Below, piece by piece: positions 18,271 through 26,609 of a DNA stretch of 64,000 nucleotides. The DNA comes from Clostridia bacterium (GTDB taxonomy: Bacteria > Bacillota > Clostridia > RGIG8785): the NCBI GenBank assembly GCA_045655245.1, contig JAZOOX010000014.1, positions 5,056 to 69,055 on the forward strand, given 5' to 3'. Under the pieces are notes generated by a model. That model saw only the letters and a list, made by a program, of their open reading frames with translations, was not told where the DNA came from and searched no databases. A program made the position numbers and the translations under genes. Positions within the stretch are counted from its first letter, which is position 1; every line of letters begins with the position of its first letter.

Positions 18271-18697
18271 CAGCCTTTCGATTTCTGCCGCAAAAGAGAT
18301 CCTGACAGCGGTGTTGGCGACAGGGAACCGGTTTCGGTTCACCGCCCACGGGGTCAGTATGAGTCCGTTCATCCGTGACGGAGACACTGTGGAGTTGGCG
18401 CCCGTTCAAAAGATTCGGCTGGGGGATATCCTTCTGGCAGAAAAGAATGGGCGGTTGTTGCTCCACCGCGCCGTGGCAATCAAAAAGGATACGGTGCTTT
18501 TAAAAGGGGATAATTTGAGTACTCCCGACGGGTGGTTTCGAAAAAAAGAAATTTTTGCAGTTGCCGTTAAGGTGAGTCATCACCAAGTGCACCAAAAATG
18601 GGGACTGGAGCGATTTTCGAAAACAGCGGCAGTGCTTTCTCGGTACAATTTTTTGCGAAAAGCTGCTGTTTTTGGCGCAAAGTTTTTAAAAAAGTAA
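18254..18697 (+). CDS. S24/S26-family serine peptidase-like protein (signal-peptidase/LexA fold)
   Basis: Catalytic-Ser motif GVSMSPFIRDGD and downstream Lys (..KGDNL..); overlaps the ABC gene end by 17 nt (translational coupling); no obvious TM helix. Confidence 0.5.
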   Translation: MRRSFDSLSISAAKEILTAVLATGNRFRFTAHGVSMSPFIRDGDTVELAPVQKIRLGDILLAEKNGRLLLHRAVAIKKDTVLLKGDNLSTPDGWFRKKEIFAVAVKVSHHQVHQKWGLERFSKTAAVLSRYNFLRKAAVFGAKFLKK

Positions 18698-18706
18698 AAA
18701 GAACTA

Positions 18707-18735
18707 TTGACAATCAGAAAAAATGAATGTATAAT
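18707..18735 (+). promoter_or_regulatory. consensus sigma-A promoter for the secreted-protein gene
   Basis: TTGACA (18707-18712), 17-bp spacer, TATAAT (18730-18735): perfect consensus. Confidence 0.8.
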
Positions 18736-18801
18736 GTGATTATCAAAATCCATCGTTGGATGTATTATGTTGTTTGATACAATTCTGGGAGGTAATGTAA
18801 A

Positions 18802-19395
18802 ATGAAAAAGTATCTCGTAATTGCAACTGTATTGGTTGCTCTGGTAGCGTTGTTCAGCATCTCTGCTTCTGCTGCAGATATCGCTTTAGCTGATGTTCAG
18901 TATACTTCCAGTGCTACTGGTGTTACCATTAACCGTGTTGCTATCGGGCTGTCTGGAGCTCCGGTTCCTTCCGGCGACGGTTATTACACTGTTTTGGCAT
19001 ACACCGGTGCAGAAGATCCTTCTGCTGCAACGATTCTGTTTGTAGGTCAGGAAATTACTCCTATTACCAGCTTTAGTGTAAACCCCGCTTCGCTGAATAA
19101 CAGACAGTTGTATGTAAAGTGTGGCGGTAGTGGTGTGGATCAAGCTGGAAACACAAATGCTACTTATGCTTTTTCCCTGGTTGCTTTTGACGAAAATGGA
19201 ATGGCTTTGGATGTAAATAAGTATACCACAGCTGGTACCAAGAAACTGGAAGTTACCGGTGCAGACTCCATCCTTCTGTATGGCGCAGAGATTAGAAATG
19301 AAGCTGACCCGGCATACGTTGGCTTTGAAGTTCCTGGTGGAGATTCCGACGGTACCTATGCTCACCGTGTATACAGACAGTTTGTTGAACTGTAA
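18802..19395 (+). CDS. secreted protein of unknown function (signal peptide, ASA|AD cleavage site)
   Basis: N-terminal MKKYLVIATVLVALVALFSISASA signal peptide; Ser/Thr/Gly-rich beta-type composition; RBS GGGAGG. Confidence 0.6.
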   Translation: MKKYLVIATVLVALVALFSISASAADIALADVQYTSSATGVTINRVAIGLSGAPVPSGDGYYTVLAYTGAEDPSAATILFVGQEITPITSFSVNPASLNNRQLYVKCGGSGVDQAGNTNATYAFSLVAFDENGMALDVNKYTTAGTKKLEVTGADSILLYGAEIRNEADPAYVGFEVPGGDSDGTYAHRVYRQFVEL

Positions 19396-19442
19396 TTTGT
19401 AGGAACTTTTTCAAAAAATATACCATAGAGGAGTGTGTTACC

Positions 19443-20873
19443 GTGTACAATCGATTGGTACGGGTAGTCGCACTGGCTCTCACAATTGTTTTGACGATGT
19501 CCGTTTCGGTTTTTGCTGAGACGGACATTTCTGACAATTACGCCAGTTCTTCTGCCGTTTATGCTGCTGCAAAAGATGTAATTGCCAACGCCAAGGATAA
19601 GGCTGCAACCATTGATATTTACTTAGACCGCGCGTCTACCTACCTTGCATCTAACCGTACCGCTTTGATCAAAGACGGTTTTGTACTGCCTGCCGATGCA
19701 CCTGCTGCTTTGGCTGCTAACCGGAAGGCGGTAGTAGATCTGCTGGCTGCTGACGGAACAGATTACGAGGATTTAATTAAGACCTTGACCGTCCGTGTTC
19801 CTGCAAATTACTCGCTGGATTACGGCACCTTGGTTGTAGATCGTTCTACCATGGAATCCATTCGCGCTGAAGGGTTTTCCCACCTGGTTTTTGAAAATGA
19901 TCTGTTTGCTGTTCGTCTGTCTATGGTAGACTATTTGTCCACCATTCCCGAATCGGTTAAAACAGTTAAGATTTTTGCAGGCGAAACACGCACCGATGTA
20001 CCTCAGTCTGTTTTAGACAAGGCGGGTTCTATGCCTATTTTGGTTTTCCGTGAATACCATGACGGTGTTCAGGTCAACAACAACTATTCCAAAAACGCTG
20101 TTGCCTTCATTGTAAAGAGTTCCATGTACAATGTCGCAGGGCGTTCTCCTTCGGAAAATATGTTCTTTAGGTATGACCTGAAGACGAACAGTGTTCATTT
20201 TGTTGTCAATTACGGTTATTCTGTTGCAACCGACACTGCTTCCTTTGGCGTCGAGGACGGCAACTACTTTATCTTCTTGCCCAAGGAAGCCGAAATGCTG
20301 AAGCCTGTCATCCCTGGCGGTAGCAGTAACAAGTCCGGATACGAAGATGTTTTGGACGAGCATTGGGCTTGTGAGTCCATTCGTAAACTTTCCGGCCGTG
20401 ACGTTATCAGCGGCGTAGGCAATGGGATGTTTGAACCCGAGTCTTTTGTCACTCGGGAACAGTTTGCCAAGCTGTTGGCCGTCGGCTTTGATATGCCCGA
20501 CGCAAGTGATGCGCCTTTCACCGATGTTCCTGCCGATGATTGGGCACATCCCTTCATTTCCCGTGTTTATGCCAAGGGTGTAACCAAGGGAATTGGTGGA
20601 AACCTCTTTGGTTACGGTCAGCGAATCACCCGTCAGGATATGGCGGTTATGATTTACAAGGTCCTGTCTGAAAACGGTGGTCTGGACGATATTAATCGCG
20701 ACAACTTCACCTTTGTTGACGATTCGTCGATTGCCGATTATGCCCGCGATGCCGTTTACGCAATGCGCGCAAAGGGGATTATCAACGGTAACCCTGACGG
20801 TACCTTCTGTCCCAACGATTTTGCCACCCGTGCACAGGCCGCAACAATGCTTTGCTCGGCATTGGGGATTTGA
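19443..20873 (+). CDS. cell-surface protein with C-terminal S-layer-homology (SLH) repeats
   Basis: GTG start after RBS AGAGGAG; signal peptide; three C-terminal SLH-like repeats (..FVTREQFAKLL..; ..ITRQDMAVMIYKVL..; ..FATRAQAATMLCSAL..). Confidence 0.7.
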   Translation: MYNRLVRVVALALTIVLTMSVSVFAETDISDNYASSSAVYAAAKDVIANAKDKAATIDIYLDRASTYLASNRTALIKDGFVLPADAPAALAANRKAVVDLLAADGTDYEDLIKTLTVRVPANYSLDYGTLVVDRSTMESIRAEGFSHLVFENDLFAVRLSMVDYLSTIPESVKTVKIFAGETRTDVPQSVLDKAGSMPILVFREYHDGVQVNNNYSKNAVAFIVKSSMYNVAGRSPSENMFFRYDLKTNSVHFVVNYGYSVATDTASFGVEDGNYFIFLPKEAEMLKPVIPGGSSNKSGYEDVLDEHWACESIRKLSGRDVISGVGNGMFEPESFVTREQFAKLLAVGFDMPDASDAPFTDVPADDWAHPFISRVYAKGVTKGIGGNLFGYGQRITRQDMAVMIYKVLSENGGLDDINRDNFTFVDDSSIADYARDAVYAMRAKGIINGNPDGTFCPNDFATRAQAATMLCSALGI

Positions 20874-20875
20874 GT

Positions 20876-21169
20876 ATGGCTTTAGCAGAATCGGTTGTCT
20901 TCAAAAAACACTCCGAACTGGTCGAGCGTGAGATTGAAGGAGAAATCCTGGTTATCCCGATTATGGCCGGTGTCGGTGATGCGGATGCCAATATGTATTC
21001 TTTTAATAACCAGGGCGCGGCAATATGGGGTCTTATCGATGGCGAGACCTCGTTGGGTGAAATTGCAGACCGTCTTTGTGAAGAGTACGAGGTAACCCGC
21101 GACCGTGCGTTACAGGAAACAGTTGTGTTTCTGGAGGAACTTGCGGAACGGAACTTGATTTTACAGTAG
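20876..21169 (+). CDS. PqqD-family protein (RiPP recognition element-like)
   Basis: 97 aa; ..EGEILVIPIMAGVGDADANMYSFNNQGAAIWGLIDGETSLGEIADRLCEEYEV..ETVVFLEELAERNLI matches the PqqD/RRE fold pattern; ATG 20876 three nt after the SLH gene stop. Confidence 0.75.
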   Translation: MALAESVVFKKHSELVEREIEGEILVIPIMAGVGDADANMYSFNNQGAAIWGLIDGETSLGEIADRLCEEYEVTRDRALQETVVFLEELAERNLILQ

Positions 21170-21209
21170 CGCAGTCCGAAAAGACGGAGATTTGAAATGA
21201 GGGATTTGA

Positions 21210-22322
21210 ATGGAGCAACGTCGTACACCGACTTCATTTGAATTTTTAAAAAAGAAAGCGGCGGATAAAACGCCGCTTTCTTTAAGTGTAGAGTTAACGG
21301 CGCGTTGCAACAACGATTGCCGACATTGTTATATCAATGTCCCCGCAGGGGATATCGCTGCCAAGGAAAAGGAACTCCCCCTTACCGAATGGGAAAGGAT
21401 TGCCGATATGGCACGAGATGCAGGAGTGCTCTGGTGCCTGATTTCAGGCGGGGAACCCATGCTTCGCAGTGATTTTTTTGACCTTTACATGATGTTTAAA
21501 CGTAAGGGGTTTTTGATCACTCTCTTTACCAATGCAACCTTAATGACCGAAGAGGCAGTGGCGTTTTTCAAGCGGTATCCGCCCTATAAAATTGAGGTTT
21601 CGGTCTACGGCGTTACCGACGATACTTATTTTGCGGTCACAGGAAAACGTGGGTACTGTCAGCGGATGAAAGAGGGCATTGAACGGTTGCGTGCTGCGGG
21701 GCTATACACCTGCTTGAAAACCCCTTTGATTCGTTCGAATCAGCAGGAGGCAGAAGCAATTTACCAATACTGTCGGGAACGGTCTTCTGAACCATTTCGT
21801 TTTGATACCATTCTACACAACCGGGTGGACTTTGACGCCGACCGCAATCGCTCGATTGCTGAAGAACGGTTAACACATCAACAGGTACTGGACTTGGAAG
21901 GCTTACGTCCTGAACGGTTGGAAATTTTAAAAAATGCGTGTCTGAACTCGCAACGTCAACTGCGTATCGACCCGGTCACGGGAGAACAACCGTTGTTTCG
22001 TTGTCGTGCGGGGGCGGAAAGCATCACGGTTGATCCTTATGGCAGAATGCGCCTTTGTGCTATGTTATCGGGTCCTGAATTCTTATATGATTTGAAGAAG
22101 GGCACCATTGATGAGGCCATGGGACCATTTCGGGATAGGATTTTGACAATGCCCAACAAAAACCCCGCCTTTGAACGGTGCCGCGGCTGTCGGGCGTTGC
22201 CCCTTTGCAACTGGTGTCCCGGCCGTGCCCTTTTGGAGATGGGAACAGTGGATGCCTTTATGCCAGAACTTTGCCGATTGGCAGAGAAACGCTTTGATGC
22301 TTTGACCAAGGAGGATGTGTAA
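21210..22322 (+). CDS. radical SAM/SPASM-domain peptide-modifying enzyme
   Basis: CNNDCRHC (C-x3-C-x2-C) rSAM cluster motif; C-terminal SPASM motif CRGCRALPLCNWC (C-x2-C-x5-C-x2-C). Confidence 0.85.
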   Translation: MEQRRTPTSFEFLKKKAADKTPLSLSVELTARCNNDCRHCYINVPAGDIAAKEKELPLTEWERIADMARDAGVLWCLISGGEPMLRSDFFDLYMMFKRKGFLITLFTNATLMTEEAVAFFKRYPPYKIEVSVYGVTDDTYFAVTGKRGYCQRMKEGIERLRAAGLYTCLKTPLIRSNQQEAEAIYQYCRERSSEPFRFDTILHNRVDFDADRNRSIAEERLTHQQVLDLEGLRPERLEILKNACLNSQRQLRIDPVTGEQPLFRCRAGAESITVDPYGRMRLCAMLSGPEFLYDLKKGTIDEAMGPFRDRILTMPNKNPAFERCRGCRALPLCNWCPGRALLEMGTVDAFMPELCRLAEKRFDALTKEDV

Positions 22323-23197
22323 TGCGGGACGAAAAATGTTACGGGATGTATGCCGCGGCGGGAATTACCTTTCGGCTGTTTTCCGAACGCCCTGTTACAA
22401 CTTCCACTTTTGCACCCAAAATGGACAAGTTTGCCGTTGCCGAGACGGGCGCCGAGGTGGTGGACGTCCATCACCATTTTACCATGCCCCAACGGCGGTT
22501 CGATACATCACCTGTGTACAACACCTCCCCCTGGACCATTTACCAGGAAGGGGAGACCTGGCACTATGTTTGGACCAATAAGCTGACCCGGACGGTGGAA
22601 TACTACGCCGTTTTTACCGAGGAATACCATCAGGTACACATCTACCACTACAACACCGATCTTTGGGATCGGGGGAATCACGTGGGACTGTTGATGCGCA
22701 CCAATGATCAGGTGCTGTTTTTGCCCCTGCTTTGGCAGCGGGGTGGATTTGTGCTTCATTCCTCGGCGGTGGTTCAGGGGGATCGTGCCATTGTTTTGGT
22801 GGGGCATTCGGGCGCGGGGAAGAGTACTGCTACCAATCACTTTGGAAAAGATGCAGTGGTCATCAGCGAAGACCGCAATATTATTCTACCCGAGAATGAC
22901 GCGTTTTACGTTTACGGTTCCTGGATTCATTATAACAACGATCGTATCACCAATGACCGTAAGCGAGTAGATGCGTTGTACTTCATCAAAAAGGCCAACG
23001 AAACCCGTTTAGAACCTTTAAAACCCTTGACCGCAATACACGAAACGCTGTCCCATGTCGCTCGTGGATACGCCAATGCCAAGGGCTGGAATGCCACCGT
23101 TGATGCAGTGGAAAAATTTATTCAAAAAAATTTATGTTTTTACTTGCATTTTGAAAAAGATGGTGGTATAATGAATTTACTAAATCGTCAAAATTGA
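22322..23197 (+). CDS. HPr-kinase C-terminal-domain-like P-loop protein (putative peptide kinase)
   Basis: Walker A GHSGAGKST as in HprK; ATGA start/stop overlap with the rSAM gene. Confidence 0.65.
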   Translation: MRDEKCYGMYAAAGITFRLFSERPVTTSTFAPKMDKFAVAETGAEVVDVHHHFTMPQRRFDTSPVYNTSPWTIYQEGETWHYVWTNKLTRTVEYYAVFTEEYHQVHIYHYNTDLWDRGNHVGLLMRTNDQVLFLPLLWQRGGFVLHSSAVVQGDRAIVLVGHSGAGKSTATNHFGKDAVVISEDRNIILPENDAFYVYGSWIHYNNDRITNDRKRVDALYFIKKANETRLEPLKPLTAIHETLSHVARGYANAKGWNATVDAVEKFIQKNLCFYLHFEKDGGIMNLLNRQN

Positions 23198-23233
23198 TTT
23201 AATAATGTAAAGTTTCATTGGGAGGTATATGAG

Positions 23234-23395
23234 AATGAAAAAGGTATGGGAAACTCCTGAAGTTGTAGCAGTAGTACATGGTAGCCCTGAAGAAGCTGTT
23301 TTGATGACTTGCTATGATGATTTGACTTGCGAATTCGATGCAGCCGAAAGCACTGGGGCTGAATTTCTGACTGTTGATCTGGCTGCTATCAGCTG
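23234..23395 (+). CDS. putative RiPP precursor peptide (53 aa; below ORF-track cutoff)
   Basis: RBS GGGAGG (23219-23224) 9 nt before ATG 23234; MKKVWETPEVVAVVHGSPEEAVLMTCYDDLTCEFDAAESTGAEFLTVDLAAIS; W-x-x-P leader motif, acidic two-Cys core, C-terminal Ser; terminator follows. Confidence 0.5.
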
Positions 23396-23430
23396 ATTTT
23401 TACATTTTTCACAACCAAAAATGACAATTA

Positions 23431-23470
23431 CCAAGTTGTTGGGATACCGACAGCTTGGTTTGTTGTGTCT
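23431..23470 (+). terminator. terminator after the precursor-peptide gene
   Basis: CCAAGTTG..(loop)..CAGCTTGG hairpin followed by a T-rich tract. Confidence 0.6.
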
Positions 23471-23535
23471 TTGAACAAACGAGCTGTATCGGAAATACGA
23501 AAGGCGGGGAAAGGGGACTTTCTCTGCTTTTTTTC

Positions 23536-23564
23536 TTTACATTAATAGGAGACTGTGGTACAAT
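23536..23564 (+). promoter_or_regulatory. sigma-A type promoter of metY
   Basis: TTTACA (23536-23541), 17-bp spacer, TACAAT (23559-23564). Confidence 0.6.
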
Positions 23565-23619
23565 AAAGCCAATACCAAAAGGGGGTTGCCCCTGCTTATA
23601 CCAAACGGAGGTGTCTCGA

Positions 23620-24885
23620 ATGAGAATTGAAACCAAGTGTATTCAAGAAGGATATGAGCCGAAAAACGGAGAACCGAGAATGCTCCCCATTTTTCAGAGC
23701 ACGACCTATAAATACGACAGCGCCGAGCATTTAGGGAAACTTTTTGACTTAGAGGCTCCGGGGCATATGTATACCCGCATCTCCAATCCTACGGTGGATG
23801 CGGTTGAAAAGAAGATTGCCGCTTTGGAAGGCGGTATCGGTGCTCTTTGTACCTCGGGCGGTCAGGCAGCCAGCCTGATTTCGGTCATGAACATCTGTCG
23901 TGCAGGAGACCATATCATCAGTTCCTCTGCCATTTACGGCGGTACCTTGAATCTTTTTGACGTGACCTTGCGGAAGTTTGGCATCGAGACTACTTTTATT
24001 CCCCCGGATGCAGACGAGGAGACTTTAGAAGCTGCCTTCCGTGAAAACACCAAGCTGGTCTTTGCTGAGAGTCTGTCCAACCCTTCTCTGGCGGTAGTGG
24101 ACCTGGAACTCTTTTCCCGCATTGCCCATGCTCACGGGGTTCCGCTGATTATTGACAACACCTTCCCCACGGCGGTGAACTGCCGTCCCTTCGAGCACGG
24201 TGCTGACATTGTGATTCATTCTACTTCTAAGTACATGGATGGCCATGGCGTTTCGTTGGGCGGTGTCATTATTGATTCGGGTAAATTCCAGTGGTCTCCC
24301 GAAAAGTTCCCTGACCTGGTTGAGCCGGACGAGTCCTACCACGGCGTTAGCTACGTTCGTGATTTTGGTGCGGCGGCGTACATTACCAAGGCCCGTGTCC
24401 AGCTAATGCGTGACCTGGCATCGTCCCCCTCGCCCTTTAACGCTTTTTTGCTGAATTTGGGGCTTGAGACCCTACCTTTACGGATGAAGCAGCATTGTGA
24501 AAATGCGATGAAGGTTGCCGCATTTTTGGATGCCGAGGACAAGGTGGCATGGGTTTGCCATCCCTCTTTAAAATCCCATCCCCAGTATGATTTGGCGCAA
24601 AAATACTTGAAGGACAGTGGTTGCGGCGTCATCTCCTTTGGTGTGAAAGGCGGACGGGAAGCTGCAATGAAACTGATGAACAGCCTACAACTTGCCAAGA
24701 TTGTAGTCCACGTTGCAGATGCCCGTACTTGTGTACTCCATCCCGCATCTACCACCCATCGTCAGCTGACCGACCAACAGTTAGTCGAGTGTGGTGTGAA
24801 ACCCGAAATGATCCGTCTGTCGGTGGGTATTGAGCATGCTGACGACATCATTGATGACCTGAAGCAGGCGTTGGCAAGATTATGA
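23620..24885 (+). CDS. metY: O-acetylhomoserine sulfhydrylase (PLP-dependent Cys/Met metabolism family)
   Basis: Family signature (..PIFQSTTYKYD..; ..YTRISNPT..; ..HSTSKYMDGHG..); RBS GGAGGTG before ATG 23620; the listed ORF start (23455) lies in the upstream terminator/promoter region. Confidence 0.85.
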   Translation: MRIETKCIQEGYEPKNGEPRMLPIFQSTTYKYDSAEHLGKLFDLEAPGHMYTRISNPTVDAVEKKIAALEGGIGALCTSGGQAASLISVMNICRAGDHIISSSAIYGGTLNLFDVTLRKFGIETTFIPPDADEETLEAAFRENTKLVFAESLSNPSLAVVDLELFSRIAHAHGVPLIIDNTFPTAVNCRPFEHGADIVIHSTSKYMDGHGVSLGGVIIDSGKFQWSPEKFPDLVEPDESYHGVSYVRDFGAAAYITKARVQLMRDLASSPSPFNAFLLNLGLETLPLRMKQHCENAMKVAAFLDAEDKVAWVCHPSLKSHPQYDLAQKYLKDSGCGVISFGVKGGREAAMKLMNSLQLAKIVVHVADARTCVLHPASTTHRQLTDQQLVECGVKPEMIRLSVGIEHADDIIDDLKQALARL

Positions 24886-26012
24886 GCCGTTACGAGTTAG
24901 TGATTCCCACCCTTTTCGGTATTGAGGCGGTTGTCGCCCGTGAAGTGCGGGAATTGGGTTACGAGACCACCGAAGTTTCGGACGGTCGGGTCTGTTTTTT
25001 AGGGGACGACGAGGCGGTGGTGCGCGCCAACCTGGGCATTCGTGCAGGTGAGCGGGTTTTGATCAAGGTGGGGGAGTTTGAAGCCCGTACTTTTACAGAA
25101 CTGTTTGACGGCTGCCGTGCATTGGACTGGCCACGGTTTATCCCCAAGCACGGGGCGTTCCCCGTGAAGGGGCACTCGGTGCGCTCGACTCTGTTCAGCG
25201 TTCCTGACTGCCAAAAGATTATTAAAAAGAGTGTTGCCGATTGTCTGGGTAGCCGGTACTCCCTGGGGCGGATGCCCGAGGATGGAGAGCTGTACCAGAT
25301 TCAGTTTTCTATTTTAAAGGACAAGGTAACCTTGATGATTGATACCAGCGGTGAGGGTTTGCATAAGCGGGGTTACCGCAGGGATTCGTCCAACCGCGCC
25401 CCCATCCGTGAGACCCTGGCGAGTGCCATGGTGCAGTTGTCCTTTTGGAATGAGCATCGGATCTTGCTGGACCCCTTTTGCGGGTCGGGGACCATCCCCA
25501 TTGAGGCGGCAATGATCGCCAAGAACATGGCGCCCGGGTTGCGGCGCAACTTTGCGGCAGAGTCTTTTAGCTGGCTGGACCCCACCCTTTGGAAAGAAAT
25601 CCGTGAAGAGTTTACAGATGCGGTGGTGGAAGCCAAAGATACCATGATTTTTGCTTCGGACATCAACCCTGACTGTGTTCGTCTGACCATGAAAAATGCA
25701 TCGGCGGCGCGGGTAGACCCCCTGGTTCGTGCAGGGGTGCGGGACGTTCGTGATCTAAAGTTCCGCGACCCGCGGGGCATCATCATTACCAACCCGCCTT
25801 ATGGTGAGCGGATGGGGGATGCCAAGGAGGCGAAAGAACTTTCTCGGGTGATGGGGCGTGTGTTCCCCACATTCCCCGATTGGTCTTATTACATTATTAC
25901 GCCTGACGAGGACTTTGAAAAAGACTTTGGAAAAAAAGCGTCCAAAAAACGGAAACTTTACAATGGTATGATTCGGTGTCAGTACTACCAGTACTTTGCT
26001 CCGAAAAAATGA
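24882..26012 (+). CDS. THUMP-domain class I SAM-dependent RNA methyltransferase
   Basis: N-terminal THUMP-like region plus methyltransferase motifs (..LLDPFCGSGTIPIEAA..; ..IITNPPYGERMG..). Confidence 0.8.
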   Translation: MSRYELVIPTLFGIEAVVAREVRELGYETTEVSDGRVCFLGDDEAVVRANLGIRAGERVLIKVGEFEARTFTELFDGCRALDWPRFIPKHGAFPVKGHSVRSTLFSVPDCQKIIKKSVADCLGSRYSLGRMPEDGELYQIQFSILKDKVTLMIDTSGEGLHKRGYRRDSSNRAPIRETLASAMVQLSFWNEHRILLDPFCGSGTIPIEAAMIAKNMAPGLRRNFAAESFSWLDPTLWKEIREEFTDAVVEAKDTMIFASDINPDCVRLTMKNASAARVDPLVRAGVRDVRDLKFRDPRGIIITNPPYGERMGDAKEAKELSRVMGRVFPTFPDWSYYIITPDEDFEKDFGKKASKKRKLYNGMIRCQYYQYFAPKK

Positions 26013-26065
26013 GAAAACGCGAGAGAAACTTCGAAATCACGAGGTTTCTCTTATTTTTTTGAAAA

Positions 26066-26130
26066 TTTGACTTTGTTTGACTTTTGCGATTTTGTGACAG
26101 AATGGTATACTAAAGTCAAAGAAAGTCAAA
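26066..26130 (+). promoter_or_regulatory. ctsR promoter with two CtsR operator repeats
   Basis: TTTGACTTTGTTTGACT (26066-26082, inverted orientation) and AGTCAAAGAAAGTCAAA (26114-26130) match the CtsR heptad direct-repeat consensus; extended -10 TGgTATACT at 26103-26111. Confidence 0.8.
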
Positions 26131-26149
26131 AACAAAAAGAGGTGGTCTG

Positions 26150-26599
26150 ATGAAAGTCAGCGATATCATTGAAAGGTTTTTAAAGGAACTGTTAGAGGAG
26201 AATGGCGGGACGGTAGAGATTTGCCGTAATGATCTGGCGACGCGATTTCACTGTGTGCCCTCCCAGATCAACTATGTGATTGCCACGCGGTTTAAGAATG
26301 AGAACGGCTATGCTGTGGACAGCCGTCGGGGCGGCGGCGGGTCGGTACGGATTCGGCGGGTACAGCCTGCAGGCGGGAATGTGGTGATGCATCTGGTCAA
26401 CCATATGGGGGATCGGGTGAGTTATCAAGAGATGGCTTATTTTCTGCAGGATCTGCTGTCTGCAGGAATTTTAAGTGAACGGGAGTGCAAACTGTTATTG
26501 GGAGCACTGTCCGACCGCGTACTCGGGGCCAACATCGAGCATCGGGAGCGTGTTCGTGCCGTTGCGTTAAAGAACGCCCTGGTGCATTTAATCAGTTGA
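26150..26599 (+). CDS. ctsR: class III stress-gene transcriptional repressor CtsR
   Basis: N-terminal winged-HTH and conserved Gly-rich loop (..RRGGGGSVRIRR..). Confidence 0.9.
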   Translation: MKVSDIIERFLKELLEENGGTVEICRNDLATRFHCVPSQINYVIATRFKNENGYAVDSRRGGGGSVRIRRVQPAGGNVVMHLVNHMGDRVSYQEMAYFLQDLLSAGILSERECKLLLGALSDRVLGANIEHRERVRAVALKNALVHLIS

Positions 26600-26609
26600 G
26601 GTGATAAAA

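Noticed and set aside
20876-22322. Classical PQQ biosynthesis operon (pqqD/pqqE)
   Set aside because: No pqqB or pqqC in the locus, and the candidate peptide lacks the Glu-x3-Tyr pair required for PQQ. The HprK-like gene and C-terminal Ser point to a different RiPP logic.
23400-23619. S-box (SAM-I) riboswitch or Met T-box upstream of metY
   Set aside because: Looked for the GGUGGAGGGA/GCAACC SAM-I core and the T-box AGGGUGGNACCGCG element; neither is present. The region is explained by two terminator hairpins and a simple TTTACA-17-TACAAT promoter with a 55-nt leader.
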